Part shown: positions 20,602 through 32,000 of the stretch, piece after piece
How positions within the stretch are numbered: the stretch's first letter is position 1
Layout: each line of letters starts with the position of its first letter
NCBI GenBank assembly: GCA_963662315.1
Contig: OY759353.1
Span: forward strand, 640,001-704,000
Source of the DNA: Geopsychrobacteraceae bacterium
GTDB lineage: Bacteria; Desulfobacterota; Desulfuromonadia; Desulfuromonadales; Geopsychrobacteraceae
Direction of reading: 5' to 3'
DNA length: 64,000 bases
Made by a program: the position numbers and the translations under genes
The notes under the pieces: model-generated
The model's database searches: none
The model's input: the letters and a program-made list of their open reading frames with translations, nothing else
What the model was told of the DNA's origin: nothing

Positions 20602-21966
20602 ATGAAGCAGCGTATTCATATTGGTATCGGCTGTGCCTTTTTGTTTGCCGGTTGGCTTGGCTCTTTTCTTTTAAACAGTCTGGCTTCTGGCTATAAATTT
20701 TATGTTCTTGGACCAACACTGCTGATTGCTATCGGTCTTGGGCTGGTCTGGAAGCGCGGGGGCGGAAAAATCGCCGCACTGGCCTTAGCTTTCACGGCGC
20801 TGTTCGCGTTGCTGACCATGAATCAGCTGGTTCCAGATCAGGCTCTGAGTGTTCCCGCAATCAGGGAACGTTTTCAAAAGAGCGCAGCAGAAGGGCGGCG
20901 CGTTGCGATTGAAATACCTGAGAGCATGCGCAGCGGGGTTTTCAATCAGGATCGTCATCTTGCAGTTTTTGCCGATCTTCATTTCTCCTTATATGCTCAA
21001 CTGCCGAACACGCCAGCGGATATGACCTTCACCCCTTCAGGGCACATGTTTGTCAGCATCCCGAACCTGGGGGCGATTTATGTTATACCGGCGACTGCTG
21101 ATGGCGGTGCCGCGTTGCAACCGCTACTATTTCATGTTGGGCTCGATAGGCCTTCCGGCTTGGTTTATTATAACCAGACACTTTATGTTGCAGAACCCGG
21201 TCGTATCCTTGCCGTGAGCGATAGCGATCATGACATGGTCGCTGATCATGTTGAGGTTGTTTTGGATGACTTGCCTGACGACGGTGGACATTGGCGGCGT
21301 TATCTGGTTATTGATAAAAACGGGGCTCTTTACGTCGGTGTCGGGTCGCGCTGTGACGCCTGTGAAGAGGAAGATTCCAGGCGGGGAACGGTTCTGAAAG
21401 TAAATCCCATTACCGGGGCGTCTGATGTTTATGCCAAAGGGTTGCGCAATATCGGTGGATTTACTACTGATGGCTCTGGCCAGCAATTGTGGGCGACCGA
21501 AAACAGCCGGGTTGGAAACGGTGTGCAGGCGGCTCCGGACGAAATTAACCTGCTGCAGCCTGGCGGCGATTATGGCTGGCCATATTGTTATGGCCAGCAA
21601 ATCGCCGATAGCGGACTGGGAACCAAAGCTCGCTGCGCAAGTACGCTTGGCAGTACGATTGATCTTCCTGCCGGTTCTGTTCCGTCCGGCTTGTTTTTTG
21701 GACATCGGCTTGTCGCTCCGCCGCTGTTCCAGAACAGTCTGTATGTTGTTTTGACTGAGGGAAACAACAAGCGTTTGGGGCGTATTATTCGTTTTCCGGT
21801 TGAAGGAAGCCGGTTTAATGATCCTCTGGAATTCATTAAAGCCGATGGTGAGGGGGATTTTACCTGGGAACCGCACCAGATTGTTGCAGGTCAGGATGGT
21901 GCTTTGTATGTCAGTGATGAATCTGCTCATGTTATCTATCGCGTCAGTTGGGAAGAACAGAAATAA
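20602..21966 (+). CDS. Membrane-anchored PQQ-dependent sugar/sorbosone dehydrogenase family beta-propeller
   Basis: N-terminal TM helices; motifs GGHWRR, GSRCDAC, GLRN, DEIN, GGDYGWPYCYG and DGALYVSD. Confidence 0.8.
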   Translation: MKQRIHIGIGCAFLFAGWLGSFLLNSLASGYKFYVLGPTLLIAIGLGLVWKRGGGKIAALALAFTALFALLTMNQLVPDQALSVPAIRERFQKSAAEGRRVAIEIPESMRSGVFNQDRHLAVFADLHFSLYAQLPNTPADMTFTPSGHMFVSIPNLGAIYVIPATADGGAALQPLLFHVGLDRPSGLVYYNQTLYVAEPGRILAVSDSDHDMVADHVEVVLDDLPDDGGHWRRYLVIDKNGALYVGVGSRCDACEEEDSRRGTVLKVNPITGASDVYAKGLRNIGGFTTDGSGQQLWATENSRVGNGVQAAPDEINLLQPGGDYGWPYCYGQQIADSGLGTKARCASTLGSTIDLPAGSVPSGLFFGHRLVAPPLFQNSLYVVLTEGNNKRLGRIIRFPVEGSRFNDPLEFIKADGEGDFTWEPHQIVAGQDGALYVSDESAHVIYRVSWEEQK

Positions 21967-22061
21967 ATATTTTCGATAAAATTAAAATGTGTCTGTTTTT
22001 TATCCTTGACACTACAGTGCCGATTTGGTACTTCAATGCGCACGCCAAACGGCGTAGATAT

Positions 22062-22135
22062 GGCCCCGTCGCCAAGTGGTAAGGCAGAGGTCTGCAACAC
22101 CTTTATCCCCAGTTCGAATCTGGGCGGGGCCTCCA
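22062..22135 (+). tRNA. tRNA-Cys(GCA)
   Basis: GGCCCCG/CGGGGCC acceptor stem, anticodon arm GAGGT-CTGCAAC-ACCTT, GTTCGAATC T-loop, U73 and encoded CCA. Confidence 0.97.
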
Positions 22136-22146
22136 CAAAAAAACAT

Positions 22147-22178
22147 AATGCCAGCCTAATGGGTTGGCATTTTTTTTT
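22147..22178 (+). terminator. Intrinsic terminator after tRNA-Cys
   Basis: AATGCCAGCC/GGTTGGCATT stem followed by a T run. Confidence 0.8.
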
Positions 22179-22189
22179 GGACTGATTCC

Positions 22190-23008
22190 ATGGAACTGCT
22201 TTCTCCTTATCTGATTTCTTTGACTCTGCTGCTAGGCGCTTGTGCCGGTTTTGCAGCTGGACTGCTGGGCATTGGCGGTGGGGTTATCCTTGTTCCATTG
22301 TTTCTGTGGCTCTTTCCTAAAGCCGGGTTCCCTCCTGATCTTGTTGTTCATAGCGCCTTTGGCACCAGTCTGGCGATTGTTTTTCCTACTGCAGTCAGCA
22401 GTGTCCTTGGGCATCGCAAACGAGGCAATATTATCTGGGGAATAGTCTTGTATCTGATTGCTGGCGGAGTACTGGGTTCATTTATAGGATCATCACTTGC
22501 TGCGGTATTGCCCGGAGAGAAGCTTAAAATTGCCTTTGGCGTCATGCAGATTGCCGTCAGCCTGAAGCTGTTTTTCAGTCATAATAGTCAGCAGATCACG
22601 ACAGATATGCCCGTTTGTAGCGGCAAGTCACTCATTCTTATTGGTGCTATCGGCGGTTTCTTTTCGGCTTTTTTTGGTATCGGTGGCGGGGTGGTCGCGG
22701 TACCCCTGATGTACGTCGTTTTGAAAATACCGATCCGCGTAGCAGTGGGGAATTCCAGTGCCTTGATTGTTGTCTCTTCGCTGGTGGCTGTGTGTCTGTA
22801 TGTCTGGTACGGTCAGGGTCATATCCATGATCTGCCCTTTTCTTTTGGCTATGTTAATGGCCTGGTAGCTGTTATCGTAGCGCCAATGACGATGGTTTTT
22901 GCTCGCTTTGGTGTCATCCTTGCCAATAAGATCAGTCAGGATAAACTGGTAAAAATATTCTCTCTGTTACTGATGATTATCGGTCTGAAAATTATTTTAC
23001 ACCTTTAG
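22190..23008 (+). CDS. TauE/SafE (TSUP) family membrane transporter
   Basis: Duplicated GIGGG..VP motifs, AFGTSL, about 8 TM helices. Confidence 0.9.
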   Translation: MELLSPYLISLTLLLGACAGFAAGLLGIGGGVILVPLFLWLFPKAGFPPDLVVHSAFGTSLAIVFPTAVSSVLGHRKRGNIIWGIVLYLIAGGVLGSFIGSSLAAVLPGEKLKIAFGVMQIAVSLKLFFSHNSQQITTDMPVCSGKSLILIGAIGGFFSAFFGIGGGVVAVPLMYVVLKIPIRVAVGNSSALIVVSSLVAVCLYVWYGQGHIHDLPFSFGYVNGLVAVIVAPMTMVFARFGVILANKISQDKLVKIFSLLLMIIGLKIILHL

Positions 23009-23019
23009 GGAGGCCAGCC

Positions 23020-23823
23020 ATGCTGCGTGAAGCTGCTGTCGCCGGGAGTTTTTATCCCTCTGCGCCGGAGCAATTGTCCCGTGTTGTCGATGGATATCTC
23101 GCTAATACTGTAAATAGAAGGACAGCCAGAGGGGTCATTGTCCCGCATGCCGGGTACGTTTACTCTGGCCATCTTGCCGGTGAGGTGCTCGCTCAGGTAC
23201 GGATACCGCCTCAGGTGATTTTGCTTGGTCCAAATCACCATGGTATCGGACCTTCCATTTCGATCAGCAGTGCTGATGCCTGGGTTACACCGCTTGGCCA
23301 GGTTCCGGTCAGCGGTGTCCTTGCTACTGCATTTAAGCAGCATTGTACCGCAGCTGTTTATGACCAGCAGGCGCACCTTTATGAACATAGCCTGGAAGTC
23401 ATGCTGCCATTTCTGCAAAGGTTGCGGGCAGATATCGAAATTCTTCCGGTTACGCTGCGCTCTTTGTCTTTTGGGCAGTGTATGGGCGTTGCAAAAGCTC
23501 TGGCTACTGTGATCAGCTGTGCCAAGGATGATGTTCTGTTACTGGCCAGTTCGGATATGAATCATTTTTTACCAGCTGCAGATAATGAAAAGCTGGATCG
23601 TCTTGCCATTAAAGCGATGACTGATTATGATCCTCAGGCTCTTTATGAGGTTGTGGTCGAACAACACATCAGTATGTGTGGATTTCATGCTGCTGTTATT
23701 GTTATGGAGGCCGCGCGTTTGCTTGGCTCTCAATCCTGTTCGTTAGTAGATTATGCCCACTCCGGATTGGTCAATGGTGACAATAGTCGTGTCGTTGGTT
23801 ATGCCGGACTGGTTCTTGAGTGA
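23020..23823 (+). CDS. amrB: AmmeMemoRadiSam system protein B (MEMO1 family)
   Basis: Motifs AVAGSFYP, PHAGYVYSG, GPNH, EHSLEV, SSDMNH, SMCG and VVGYA. Confidence 0.92.
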   Translation: MLREAAVAGSFYPSAPEQLSRVVDGYLANTVNRRTARGVIVPHAGYVYSGHLAGEVLAQVRIPPQVILLGPNHHGIGPSISISSADAWVTPLGQVPVSGVLATAFKQHCTAAVYDQQAHLYEHSLEVMLPFLQRLRADIEILPVTLRSLSFGQCMGVAKALATVISCAKDDVLLLASSDMNHFLPAADNEKLDRLAIKAMTDYDPQALYEVVVEQHISMCGFHAAVIVMEAARLLGSQSCSLVDYAHSGLVNGDNSRVVGYAGLVLE

Positions 23824-23850
23824 TCCTTCTGTATATAGCTAGGAGTTTGT

Positions 23851-25248
23851 ATGTCTGATTTACGTGTTCGTTTCGCCCCGAGTCCAACCGGGTATCTGCA
23901 TATCGGCGGAGCCAGGACGGCTTTGTTTAATTACCTGCTGTCCAGGCAGCAGCAGGGGACTTTTGTCCTGCGTATTGAGGATACTGATGTTGAACGTTCT
24001 ACCCAGGAATCGGTAGACGCAATTCTGCAGGCCATGGACTGGCTTGGACTGGCCTGTGACGAGGGTCCGTTTTATCAGTCCGATCGTTTTGATCTGTATC
24101 GCCAGAAGGTTCAGCAGTTGGTTGATGAGGGGAAAGCATATCGCTGTTATTGCACCCCTGAGGAGCTTGATGCCAAACGTGAAGCTGCTATGCAGGAAGG
24201 GCGCAAACCAAAATATGACGGGACCTGTCGTCACCGCACTGATCAGCCCGATGCCCCCTATGTTGTGCGTTTCAAGTTGCCGACTGATCGTGACGAGACG
24301 ACTTTTAATGATCGGATCAAGGGGCCTATAACGTTCCGGCATGATGAACTTGACGACCTTATTATTCAGCGGACCGACGGGACTCCCACCTACAATCTGG
24401 TTGTCGTTATTGATGACGCTGAAATGGGGATCACCCTTGTCATCCGCGGCGACGACCACGTTAACAACACTCCACGCCAGATCCTGCTTTACGAGGCTCT
24501 TGGTTGTTCGGTTCCGGAATTTGCCCACGTGCCGATGATTTTGGGGGCAGATAAAAAGCGTCTGTCCAAGCGCCATGGGGCGACGTCAGTTATGGCCTAT
24601 CAGGAAATGGGCTATCTTCCTGAAGCCATGGTCAATTACCTGGTCCGTCTGGGCTGGTCGTGTGGCGACGAAGAAATATTCAGCATGGATGACCTGATTG
24701 AGAAGTTCAGCCTTGAAAATGTCGGTCGTGCAGCTGGTGTGTTTAATCCGGAAAAACTGTTGTGGCTGAATAGTCATTATATCAAAACCGGTGATGCTGA
24801 GCGTCTGGCCAGACTTTTGGTTCCGTTCTTGGAGGCAAAAGGGATTAACGTAAATAATGGTCCGGATATGGTCCCAGTTGTCAAAACGCTTCAGGAACGA
24901 GCCGCAACAATGGTTGAAATGGCTGATTCCGCTGCTTTCTATTTTGCTGATACGATTGATTATGAGGAAAAGGCCAAGGCGAAGTTCCTTACGGTGGATC
25001 AGAAAGATCTGTTCACCATATTGATTGATGAACTCCAGAAGTGTGAGCGTTTCGATGAGGCTGGTTTAGAGGTTGCTTTTGCGACCATCATGGAAAAAAC
25101 TGAATTGAAATTCGGTAAAATTGCCCAACCTCTGCGGGTCGCCCTCACCGGCGGTACCGCAAGCCCAAGCATTTATCATGTTCTTGAAGTTCTTGGGAAA
25201 GACGTTGTCCTGCAGCGCATTGAACGTGCAGTCACTGCTTTAGCTTGA
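23851..25248 (+). CDS. gltX: Glutamate--tRNA ligase
   Basis: [14 protein letters not shown] (HIGH), RIEDTD, RGDDH and RLSKR (KMSKS-like). Confidence 0.98.
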   Translation: MSDLRVRFAPSPTGYLHIGGARTALFNYLLSRQQQGTFVLRIEDTDVERSTQESVDAILQAMDWLGLACDEGPFYQSDRFDLYRQKVQQLVDEGKAYRCYCTPEELDAKREAAMQEGRKPKYDGTCRHRTDQPDAPYVVRFKLPTDRDETTFNDRIKGPITFRHDELDDLIIQRTDGTPTYNLVVVIDDAEMGITLVIRGDDHVNNTPRQILLYEALGCSVPEFAHVPMILGADKKRLSKRHGATSVMAYQEMGYLPEAMVNYLVRLGWSCGDEEIFSMDDLIEKFSLENVGRAAGVFNPEKLLWLNSHYIKTGDAERLARLLVPFLEAKGINVNNGPDMVPVVKTLQERAATMVEMADSAAFYFADTIDYEEKAKAKFLTVDQKDLFTILIDELQKCERFDEAGLEVAFATIMEKTELKFGKIAQPLRVALTGGTASPSIYHVLEVLGKDVVLQRIERAVTALA

Positions 25249-25254
25249 TATCTT

Positions 25255-25293
25255 GACCCGCCTGTTGCCATGCCAGCAGGCGGGTTATTTTTT
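25255..25293. terminator. Hairpin terminator between convergent gltX and the PilZ gene
   Basis: GACCCGCCTGTTG/CAGCAGGCGGGTT stem plus a T run. Confidence 0.7.
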
Positions 25294-25656
25294 GTTCGTA
25301 TCTTGTTCTTTGATCCATTCGTCAATTTCAAGCGAAATTTCTTCATCCATATCGACAAATTTCAACCCAATGCCGGGCTCAAAAGGTAAGTGGGAGCCCA
25401 TGGGGCGTTTCCAGACAACTTCACAACAGCAGCGCACCGTGCCTTGCAGGGGAGCGGGCAGGCTGAATTCAAGATCGATCCTGTCCCCGGGATTGACCTG
25501 TTGGGTTGTCGCGATAAACATGCCACTCTTGCTGATATTCTTTGTGTAGCCAAAAAAGGCTTTACGATCGTTGTCGATGTGCACTTTCTGAATGATCAGT
25601 GGCGATCTGAGATTTTTTCTGAGATCTGCTTTCGGACGATCTGTCTTGTTTTTCAT
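25285..25656 (-). CDS. Stand-alone PilZ-domain protein
   Basis: RKNLR (RxxxR), NISKSGMFI (N/DxSxxG), VVW and GIGLKF. Confidence 0.88.
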   Translation of the reverse strand: MKNKTDRPKADLRKNLRSPLIIQKVHIDNDRKAFFGYTKNISKSGMFIATTQQVNPGDRIDLEFSLPAPLQGTVRCCCEVVWKRPMGSHLPFEPGIGLKFVDMDEEISLEIDEWIKEQDTNKK

Positions 25657-25748
25657 GCATCCTCCTTTTGTCGGTTTGTTATTTTAACCTATTTCAGCCT
25701 CATTATTAGTGAAAAAATAGCTGGTCAGGAAATATTTTACATTAAAAC

Positions 25749-25808
25749 TCGAACGCATTCGAAAATATTGACAATGAAAAATAATTCTATAAACTCGAAC
25801 AGATTCGA
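25749..25808 (+). promoter_or_regulatory. sigma70 promoter of the tetR-RND operon flanked by two palindromic operators
   Basis: TCGAA-N4-TTCGA at 25749-25762 and 25795-25808; TTGACA (25768)-16 nt-TAAACT (25790). Confidence 0.72.
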
Positions 25809-25825
25809 ATATATGGAGATAGTTA

Positions 25826-26425
25826 ATGGCAGGGATCCGGGAACAGAAAAAGATCGAAACCAGGCAGGCAATATATACGGCAGCCGTACGTTTGTTCGCT
25901 GATAAAGGATTTGAAACAACCAGCATCGAAGATATCGCGAAGGAAGCCGGAATCGGCAAGGCTACCATTTATGGCTATTTTGCTAATAAGGATGAAATAT
26001 TTCTCTATTACTGTGATAACCAGCTAAGTGATGCTTTCTCGCAGTTTAAACAGGATAGTCTCGAAGGGCGTCCGGTGCTGGAAAAACTGGTACGATTTTT
26101 TATGCTGAAATTCTGTTTTGTCACGCAAAACCCGGAGTTCGGTCGACAGATGATGCGGGAAATGATTTTTCCCAATCACAATAGTCCTCAGGCTCAACAG
26201 CATGATCAGCGTTACTTTGAAATCCTGGACAGCATTTTTAAAGATGCCCAGGACCAAGGGCGAATTGGGGAAGGGCATGATCGCTTTATGCTTTCGGTCC
26301 ATTTTTTTTCCCTTTATCTGGGGATGGTTACCGGGTGGTTTAAAGGGTATGTCTCAAAGCCCGATGAAGCTGAAAATATCTTGAGAATCTTGTTTAAGCA
26401 AGCACTGGAGGGTGTACAGATATGA
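25826..26425 (+). CDS. TetR/AcrR family transcriptional regulator
   Basis: HTH motif GFETTSIEDIAKEAGIGKATIYGYFANK. Confidence 0.95.
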   Translation: MAGIREQKKIETRQAIYTAAVRLFADKGFETTSIEDIAKEAGIGKATIYGYFANKDEIFLYYCDNQLSDAFSQFKQDSLEGRPVLEKLVRFFMLKFCFVTQNPEFGRQMMREMIFPNHNSPQAQQHDQRYFEILDSIFKDAQDQGRIGEGHDRFMLSVHFFSLYLGMVTGWFKGYVSKPDEAENILRILFKQALEGVQI

Positions 26426-27960
26426 AAAAGGTTATCCTTGGCTGCTTTCTGTTTCTCGGTTTATCTGTGTCGGCTTATGCGGGTTCTGTGCCGGAAGAAA
26501 TGAAGCGCTTGGCTGCGCTTGGGCTTGAGCATAATCTGGGGTTAAAAATCGAGAAGGCGCAGGTTTTGGTGCAGAGGGAACAGAGCACTATAGAAGAATC
26601 TCAATTTGACAGTTCTGCCTTTGCCTCCACCAGTTATGAAAAAAAATCAAGCCCCTATGAGTCTGTTACCGGCGCGAGCGGCGCGTTGACCAGTGATCAG
26701 GTTGATAGCGAGCTCGGGCTGAAAAAACGGCTGCTGACCGGTGCGGAGATAAGTGCGGTCATGTCATCGCAATGGATCAGCGATAATGACTACAGTAATG
26801 ACCTCGATAACCGTTATCGTACGGCTTTTGTCGTTGAGCTGAATCAGCCCTTGTTAAAGGGGCGTGGGACAGCCATTAATACAACCGCCCTGTCGCAAAG
26901 CAAAAACGCTGAACGGCAACGTGCCCTGGCCTACCTGGTCAAGGTTCAGGCCTATTTACTTAATCTGGAAACGACCTATTGGAATTGCCTGTCCAGTCAG
27001 CAGCTGGTTGCTCTACGTCGCGAGGCTCTTGAACTGGCCCAAAGTCTGGTTGACGCTAATCAGAAAAAGTTCGCGGCGGGGCAGGTGGCCATCACCGAGG
27101 TTCAGGAAGCTCAGACCGCTGCTGCAGACAGGGAGTTAAGTCTGTCCCAGTCCCGACAGCAGTTTGAACTGCAGAGAGAAGCGTTACGCCGCTTAGTTAA
27201 CAGCAAGCTTCCCGAAGGTGTTTTCAGTGAACAATTAGGTACTATGGAAGCCGATTCAGCAGCTTTTGATGATTCTGATCTGGACCAGATGGCAGCAACG
27301 GCCAGGGTGCGTCGCCTTGAATATCAGATTGCCGAGTTGGACGTTGAAAACAGCAGGTTGGCCCTGGCGGCACGGCAAAATGCCTTGAACCCACAACTTG
27401 ATTTAAATCTGAAGGCAGGGGTGAATGGTTTGGCTGGGGATGATCGGGGTAATGTCCCGGGCAGTCGCTATCAGGGGCAATACAGCGATTCATTAGAGAG
27501 TTTAAGCAAGGCGGATGGTTATCAATGGCAGATAGGACTTAATTTTTCTATGCCCCTGGGGCGTCGGGAAGCCAACGCAAAAGCAAATCAGGTCCGTTAC
27601 CAGTTGCGCAATTACCAGTATTCCTTGCAAGATCTTGAACTGCAGATCAGTGATGAGATCGCCAAACAGGCGATTCTGGTGTCCCGGGCGAAAGAACAGC
27701 TTGATATCTCCAGTCAGTTTTCCGCTTTGGCCAATACGTCCCTTCAGCAGGAAGAGCGCAAGCTTCGTGAAGGTCTTTCCAATACGTTTCGTATGATTAC
27801 CTTCCAGGAACGCATGGTTAATGCCAGGATTGGCCGTATTCAGGCCATGACTGCATATCAGCAGGCCCTGGCCGGAATGAGTCAGGCGCTGGGCGATACT
27901 TTTTCACGTTATGAACTGGTTATGGTTTCTGATCCAGAGGAGTTTTCTTTTGAAGAATAA
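26422..27960 (+). CDS. TolC-family outer-membrane efflux protein
   Basis: Signal peptide, two OEP-like repeats (LNQPLLKG; LNFSMPLG), operonic with MFP and RND genes. Confidence 0.88.
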   Translation: MKKVILGCFLFLGLSVSAYAGSVPEEMKRLAALGLEHNLGLKIEKAQVLVQREQSTIEESQFDSSAFASTSYEKKSSPYESVTGASGALTSDQVDSELGLKKRLLTGAEISAVMSSQWISDNDYSNDLDNRYRTAFVVELNQPLLKGRGTAINTTALSQSKNAERQRALAYLVKVQAYLLNLETTYWNCLSSQQLVALRREALELAQSLVDANQKKFAAGQVAITEVQEAQTAAADRELSLSQSRQQFELQREALRRLVNSKLPEGVFSEQLGTMEADSAAFDDSDLDQMAATARVRRLEYQIAELDVENSRLALAARQNALNPQLDLNLKAGVNGLAGDDRGNVPGSRYQGQYSDSLESLSKADGYQWQIGLNFSMPLGRREANAKANQVRYQLRNYQYSLQDLELQISDEIAKQAILVSRAKEQLDISSQFSALANTSLQQEERKLREGLSNTFRMITFQERMVNARIGRIQAMTAYQQALAGMSQALGDTFSRYELVMVSDPEEFSFEE

Positions 27961-27961
27961 A

Positions 27962-29017
27962 ATGCAAAAAATCATCTTATATGGTTTTGTCTTGTTGTAT
28001 TTTCTCCTTATTGCCGGCTGCAAGGAAAACTCGGCTGAGGAAATCGTGCCTGTAGCACCAGTTACGAAGCAGATTCCGGTAGAAGTCGAGAGCGTTGTCA
28101 AAAGCGATCTGCAGGAATCCTTTACCTTGCCCGTCGGTCTTGAAGCCTGGGAAGATCTGACCATTGCCGCCGAGATTTCCGGGGTCATTGAAAAAATCTA
28201 TTACGAAGAGGGGGATGCCGTTGCCATTGGCGACGCGTTGCTTGATATCGATTCAAAAACCATTAAAAGTCTCCTCAGTAAAGATCAGAGTACGGTAGAT
28301 GTTTTGAAGAGTAAGTTAAGCCGTTATCAGGCTCTTTTGCGCGACGGGCTGGTCAGTCAGCAGGAGTATGATGATCTTGACAACAGCCTGACCGCTGCGG
28401 AAGCTGCCTTGCAGGCGACACGTATTCAAATGGCCGACAGTAAACCGAAAGCTCCGGTGCGCGGTATTGTTGATCGCCTGTATGTTGACCGCGGTGAGTT
28501 CATTGAACGCGGCAAGCCACTGTTGAGGCTGGTGCAGGTTGACAGATTGAAGGCCATTGCCAATGTCCCGGAAAAAGATGTTCCGTTTCTGCATAAAGGG
28601 CAAGCGGTGGATCTGGTTCCCGCTGAAATCCTCAGTGATGAGGTCCAGACTCTGCGCGGAACGATTGAATACATTGCCTATGCAGCTGATGAGGCAACCC
28701 GTACCTACCGTACCCGTATTATTCTGGATAACAAGGATATGAGGCTGCGACCGGGGATGATCGTGCGGGCAGGTTTTGTGCGTCGCCAGTTGAAGTCTGT
28801 TTTCTCCGCGCCTTTGTTTGCCGTTATTGACAAGGAAGGGGACAAGGTTGTTTTTGTGCAGGACGGTGATGTCGCTCGCGAGGTCAAGGTTCAGGTAGGC
28901 GCTTCAATTGGCGACCGGGTCGTCATTGTGCATGGCCTTGAAGAGGGGCAACATATCATTGTTAAAGGGCAGCAGTTGCTAGTTGATGGTACTGCAATCG
29001 TGGTCAGAGGACGCTGA
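27962..29017 (+). CDS. RND efflux periplasmic adaptor (lipoprotein)
   Basis: Lipobox IAGC, APVRGIV and LRPGM motifs. Confidence 0.92.
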   Translation: MQKIILYGFVLLYFLLIAGCKENSAEEIVPVAPVTKQIPVEVESVVKSDLQESFTLPVGLEAWEDLTIAAEISGVIEKIYYEEGDAVAIGDALLDIDSKTIKSLLSKDQSTVDVLKSKLSRYQALLRDGLVSQQEYDDLDNSLTAAEAALQATRIQMADSKPKAPVRGIVDRLYVDRGEFIERGKPLLRLVQVDRLKAIANVPEKDVPFLHKGQAVDLVPAEILSDEVQTLRGTIEYIAYAADEATRTYRTRIILDNKDMRLRPGMIVRAGFVRRQLKSVFSAPLFAVIDKEGDKVVFVQDGDVAREVKVQVGASIGDRVVIVHGLEEGQHIIVKGQQLLVDGTAIVVRGR

Positions 29018-29018
29018 T

Positions 29019-32000
29019 ATGCTCATTGCCAATGCTGCTATCGATCGGCGTAGCACTGTTTTTGCCCTGATGCTTATCATCGTGATCGTTGGCATTTACA
29101 GTTATGTTGTCCTGCCCCGTGAATCAACTCCTGACATCACCATTCCTTATGTGCTGGTTGTCACCCCCTATGAGGGGGTTTCTCCCGGCGATATCGAAAG
29201 TTTGATCACCCACCCCATAGAGCGAAAGCTTAAGGGCCTCAAGGATGTGGAAGAAATCCGCTCCGTCAGTGCCGAGGGCTCGTCGATGATCACCATCGAA
29301 TTTGTTCCCGATATTGACATTGACAATGCGCTGCAACGGGTTCGCGACAAGGTTGATCAGGCTAAGGGAGATCTGCCCACCGATCTGGAAAATGATCCGT
29401 CGATTCTGGAGATCAATCTGTCTGAATTTCCCATTCTCATGGTGTCCGTGTCGGGGGCTGTCTCTGAAACGGTGCTGAAGGCCGTGGGGGAAGAACTGGA
29501 AGATCGGATTGAAGAAATTTCCGGGGTTCTTGATGTTGTTGTCAGTGGCGCACGGGAGCGTGAGGTCCGGGTCGAGTTTGATCCTGATCGTCTTTATGCC
29601 TATCGCATACCTTTAAGTGAAGTGATACGCTCGATCCGGGCGGAAAATGTCAATATACCTGGGGGCAGTATTGATATTGGCTCCGGGAAATACCTGCTGC
29701 GGGTACCGGGAGAATTCACTGATCCGGCAGAAATAGATAACCTGGTTCTGACTCAGCGCGATGGCAAGGCCATATATTTTAAAGACGTGGCCAAAATCGT
29801 GGATACTTTTGAGGACCGCCAAAGTATTTCCCGCCTCAATGGAGAACGCAGCATCACGCTGGCGATAAAAAAGCGCACCGGGGCCAATATTATTTCCGTT
29901 GCCGACCAGGTGTTCGGTCTGCTTGCCGTTGCCCAGGATCAATTGCCGCCGGGGGTCGATCTTGCCGTTACGCTTAATCAGTCCAAAGATATCCGGCGCA
30001 TGGTTTCTGAGCTGGAAAACAATATTATCAGCGGTCTTATTCTGGTTGTTGTGGTCCTGTTCCTGTTTCTCGGGTTTCGGAACTCCTTCTTCGTGGCTCT
30101 GGCTATTCCGTTCTCCATGCTGATTTCCTTTGCCGTGCTGCAATTGCTCGGAATGACTTTGAACATGGTTGTTCTGTTCAGCCTGATTCTGGCCTTGGGT
30201 ATGCTTGTCGATAACGCCATTGTCGTTGTCGAAAACACCTTCCGTCATATGCAGGAAGGGCACAGTGGCATTGATGCCGCAAAAATCGCGGCCGGGGAGG
30301 TCGGCTGGCCGGTTATCAGTTCGACCGTTACGACGTTGTGTGCATTTTTCCCGATGATTTTCTGGCCCGGGATCATGGGGGAGTTCATGAAGTTTCTTCC
30401 CCAGACCCTGATCATTACCTTGACGGCTTCCCTTTTTGTCGCCCTGGTCATTAACCCGACCATGTGTGGCCATTTTATGTCCCTGAGCAAAAAGGACCTG
30501 AACGCGCATCGTGATACCAGCCGAGTCATCAAGTTTTATGGTGCTTCGCTTGAGTTTGCCCTTAATCATCGTTTTTTGGTGGTGCTGGCTTCGGTGGTGC
30601 TGTTGATTAGTATATCCGCATTTTATTTTGTCCTGGGGCACGGCATCGAATTATTCCCTGATATTCAGCCCAACCGCGCCTACGTTGAAATAAAAGCTCC
30701 TGAAGGTACCAATCTGCAGACCAGTAATGAGCTGGCTGAAGTGGTCGAAAAATTTGCCCTTGAGGAAAAGGATATTCGCTTTGTCATTTCTGAGGTCGGA
30801 ACGTCCAGCAATGACCAGGGGGGGAATGCCATGCAGTCGAACCTGAGCAAGGTGACCCTCGATTTTCACGAACGTGACGACCGTAAGGAGGACTCCCGCA
30901 CCGTTCTTGATCGTCTGCGCAAGGCTGTTGCCCCCTTGGCGGGTGCTGAATTCAAGGTTGAAAAGCAGGAAGAGGGGCCGCCGACCGGTCCTCCTGTCAG
31001 TGTCGAGATCAGTGGCGATGATATTGATGTGCTGGCCGATCTGGTCAACGACGCCCGGGTGCGGATAAAAGATGTTTCCGGCCTTGTTGACCTGAAGGAT
31101 GATCTGGCCAAGGCTAAACCGGAAATCAGGATCGATGTCGATCGAGAAAAAGCCAGCCTGCTGGGGTTATCCACGGCTGAAATCTCTGAGATGGTTAAGG
31201 CGGCTATTGGCGGTACCAAGCTTGGCGTCTATCGTGAGGGTGAGGATGAGTACGATATTATTGCCCGCTTACCGGAAGCCCGGCGCCAGTCTGTTGCGGA
31301 TATTCAGAATCTTCTGATCCCTGCTGGCGATGGTTCGCCTGTGCCGCTGTCGACCGTCGCCAGTATCCGTATTGCGGCCGGGTTTGGGGCTATTCGCCAC
31401 ATCGATCAGAAGCGGGTTGTTACCATCAGTGCCGATACGTATGGGCGTAACAGCAACGAAGTGTTGCTTGATGTACAGAAGCGTCTGGCCGGATTGCACC
31501 TGCCGGCTGGTTATCAGGTGAATTATTCCGGTGAGCAGGAAGAACAGCAAAAAGCCTCTGCCTTTCTGGGGAAGGCGTTTGTTGCTGCCATCCTGTTAAT
31601 CATGCTGGTTCTGATCACCCAGTTTAATTCGTTTCTACAGACCCTGATCGTTATGAGCTCAGTTGTTCTGTCATTAACCGGAGTGTTTCTTGGTTTAATG
31701 ATTACGGCAACGCCTTTCGGCATTATCATGACCGGTATCGGAATCATTTCACTGGCCGGTGTGGTGGTTAATAACGCGATCGTGCTGATTGATTATATCA
31801 ATCAGCTGATCAAAGAAGGGTTGGAGGTGAAAAGCGCCTTGATTCGCGCTGGAATCGTGCGTTTTAGGCCGGTCATGCTGACCGCAGCGACGACCATACT
31901 CGGTCTGTTACCTATGGCTCTGGGCGTCAGCTTCAATTTCAAAAGTTTTGTCTGGGAGATCGGTGGCGAGTCGGCCGACTGGTGGGGCCCCATGGCGGTG

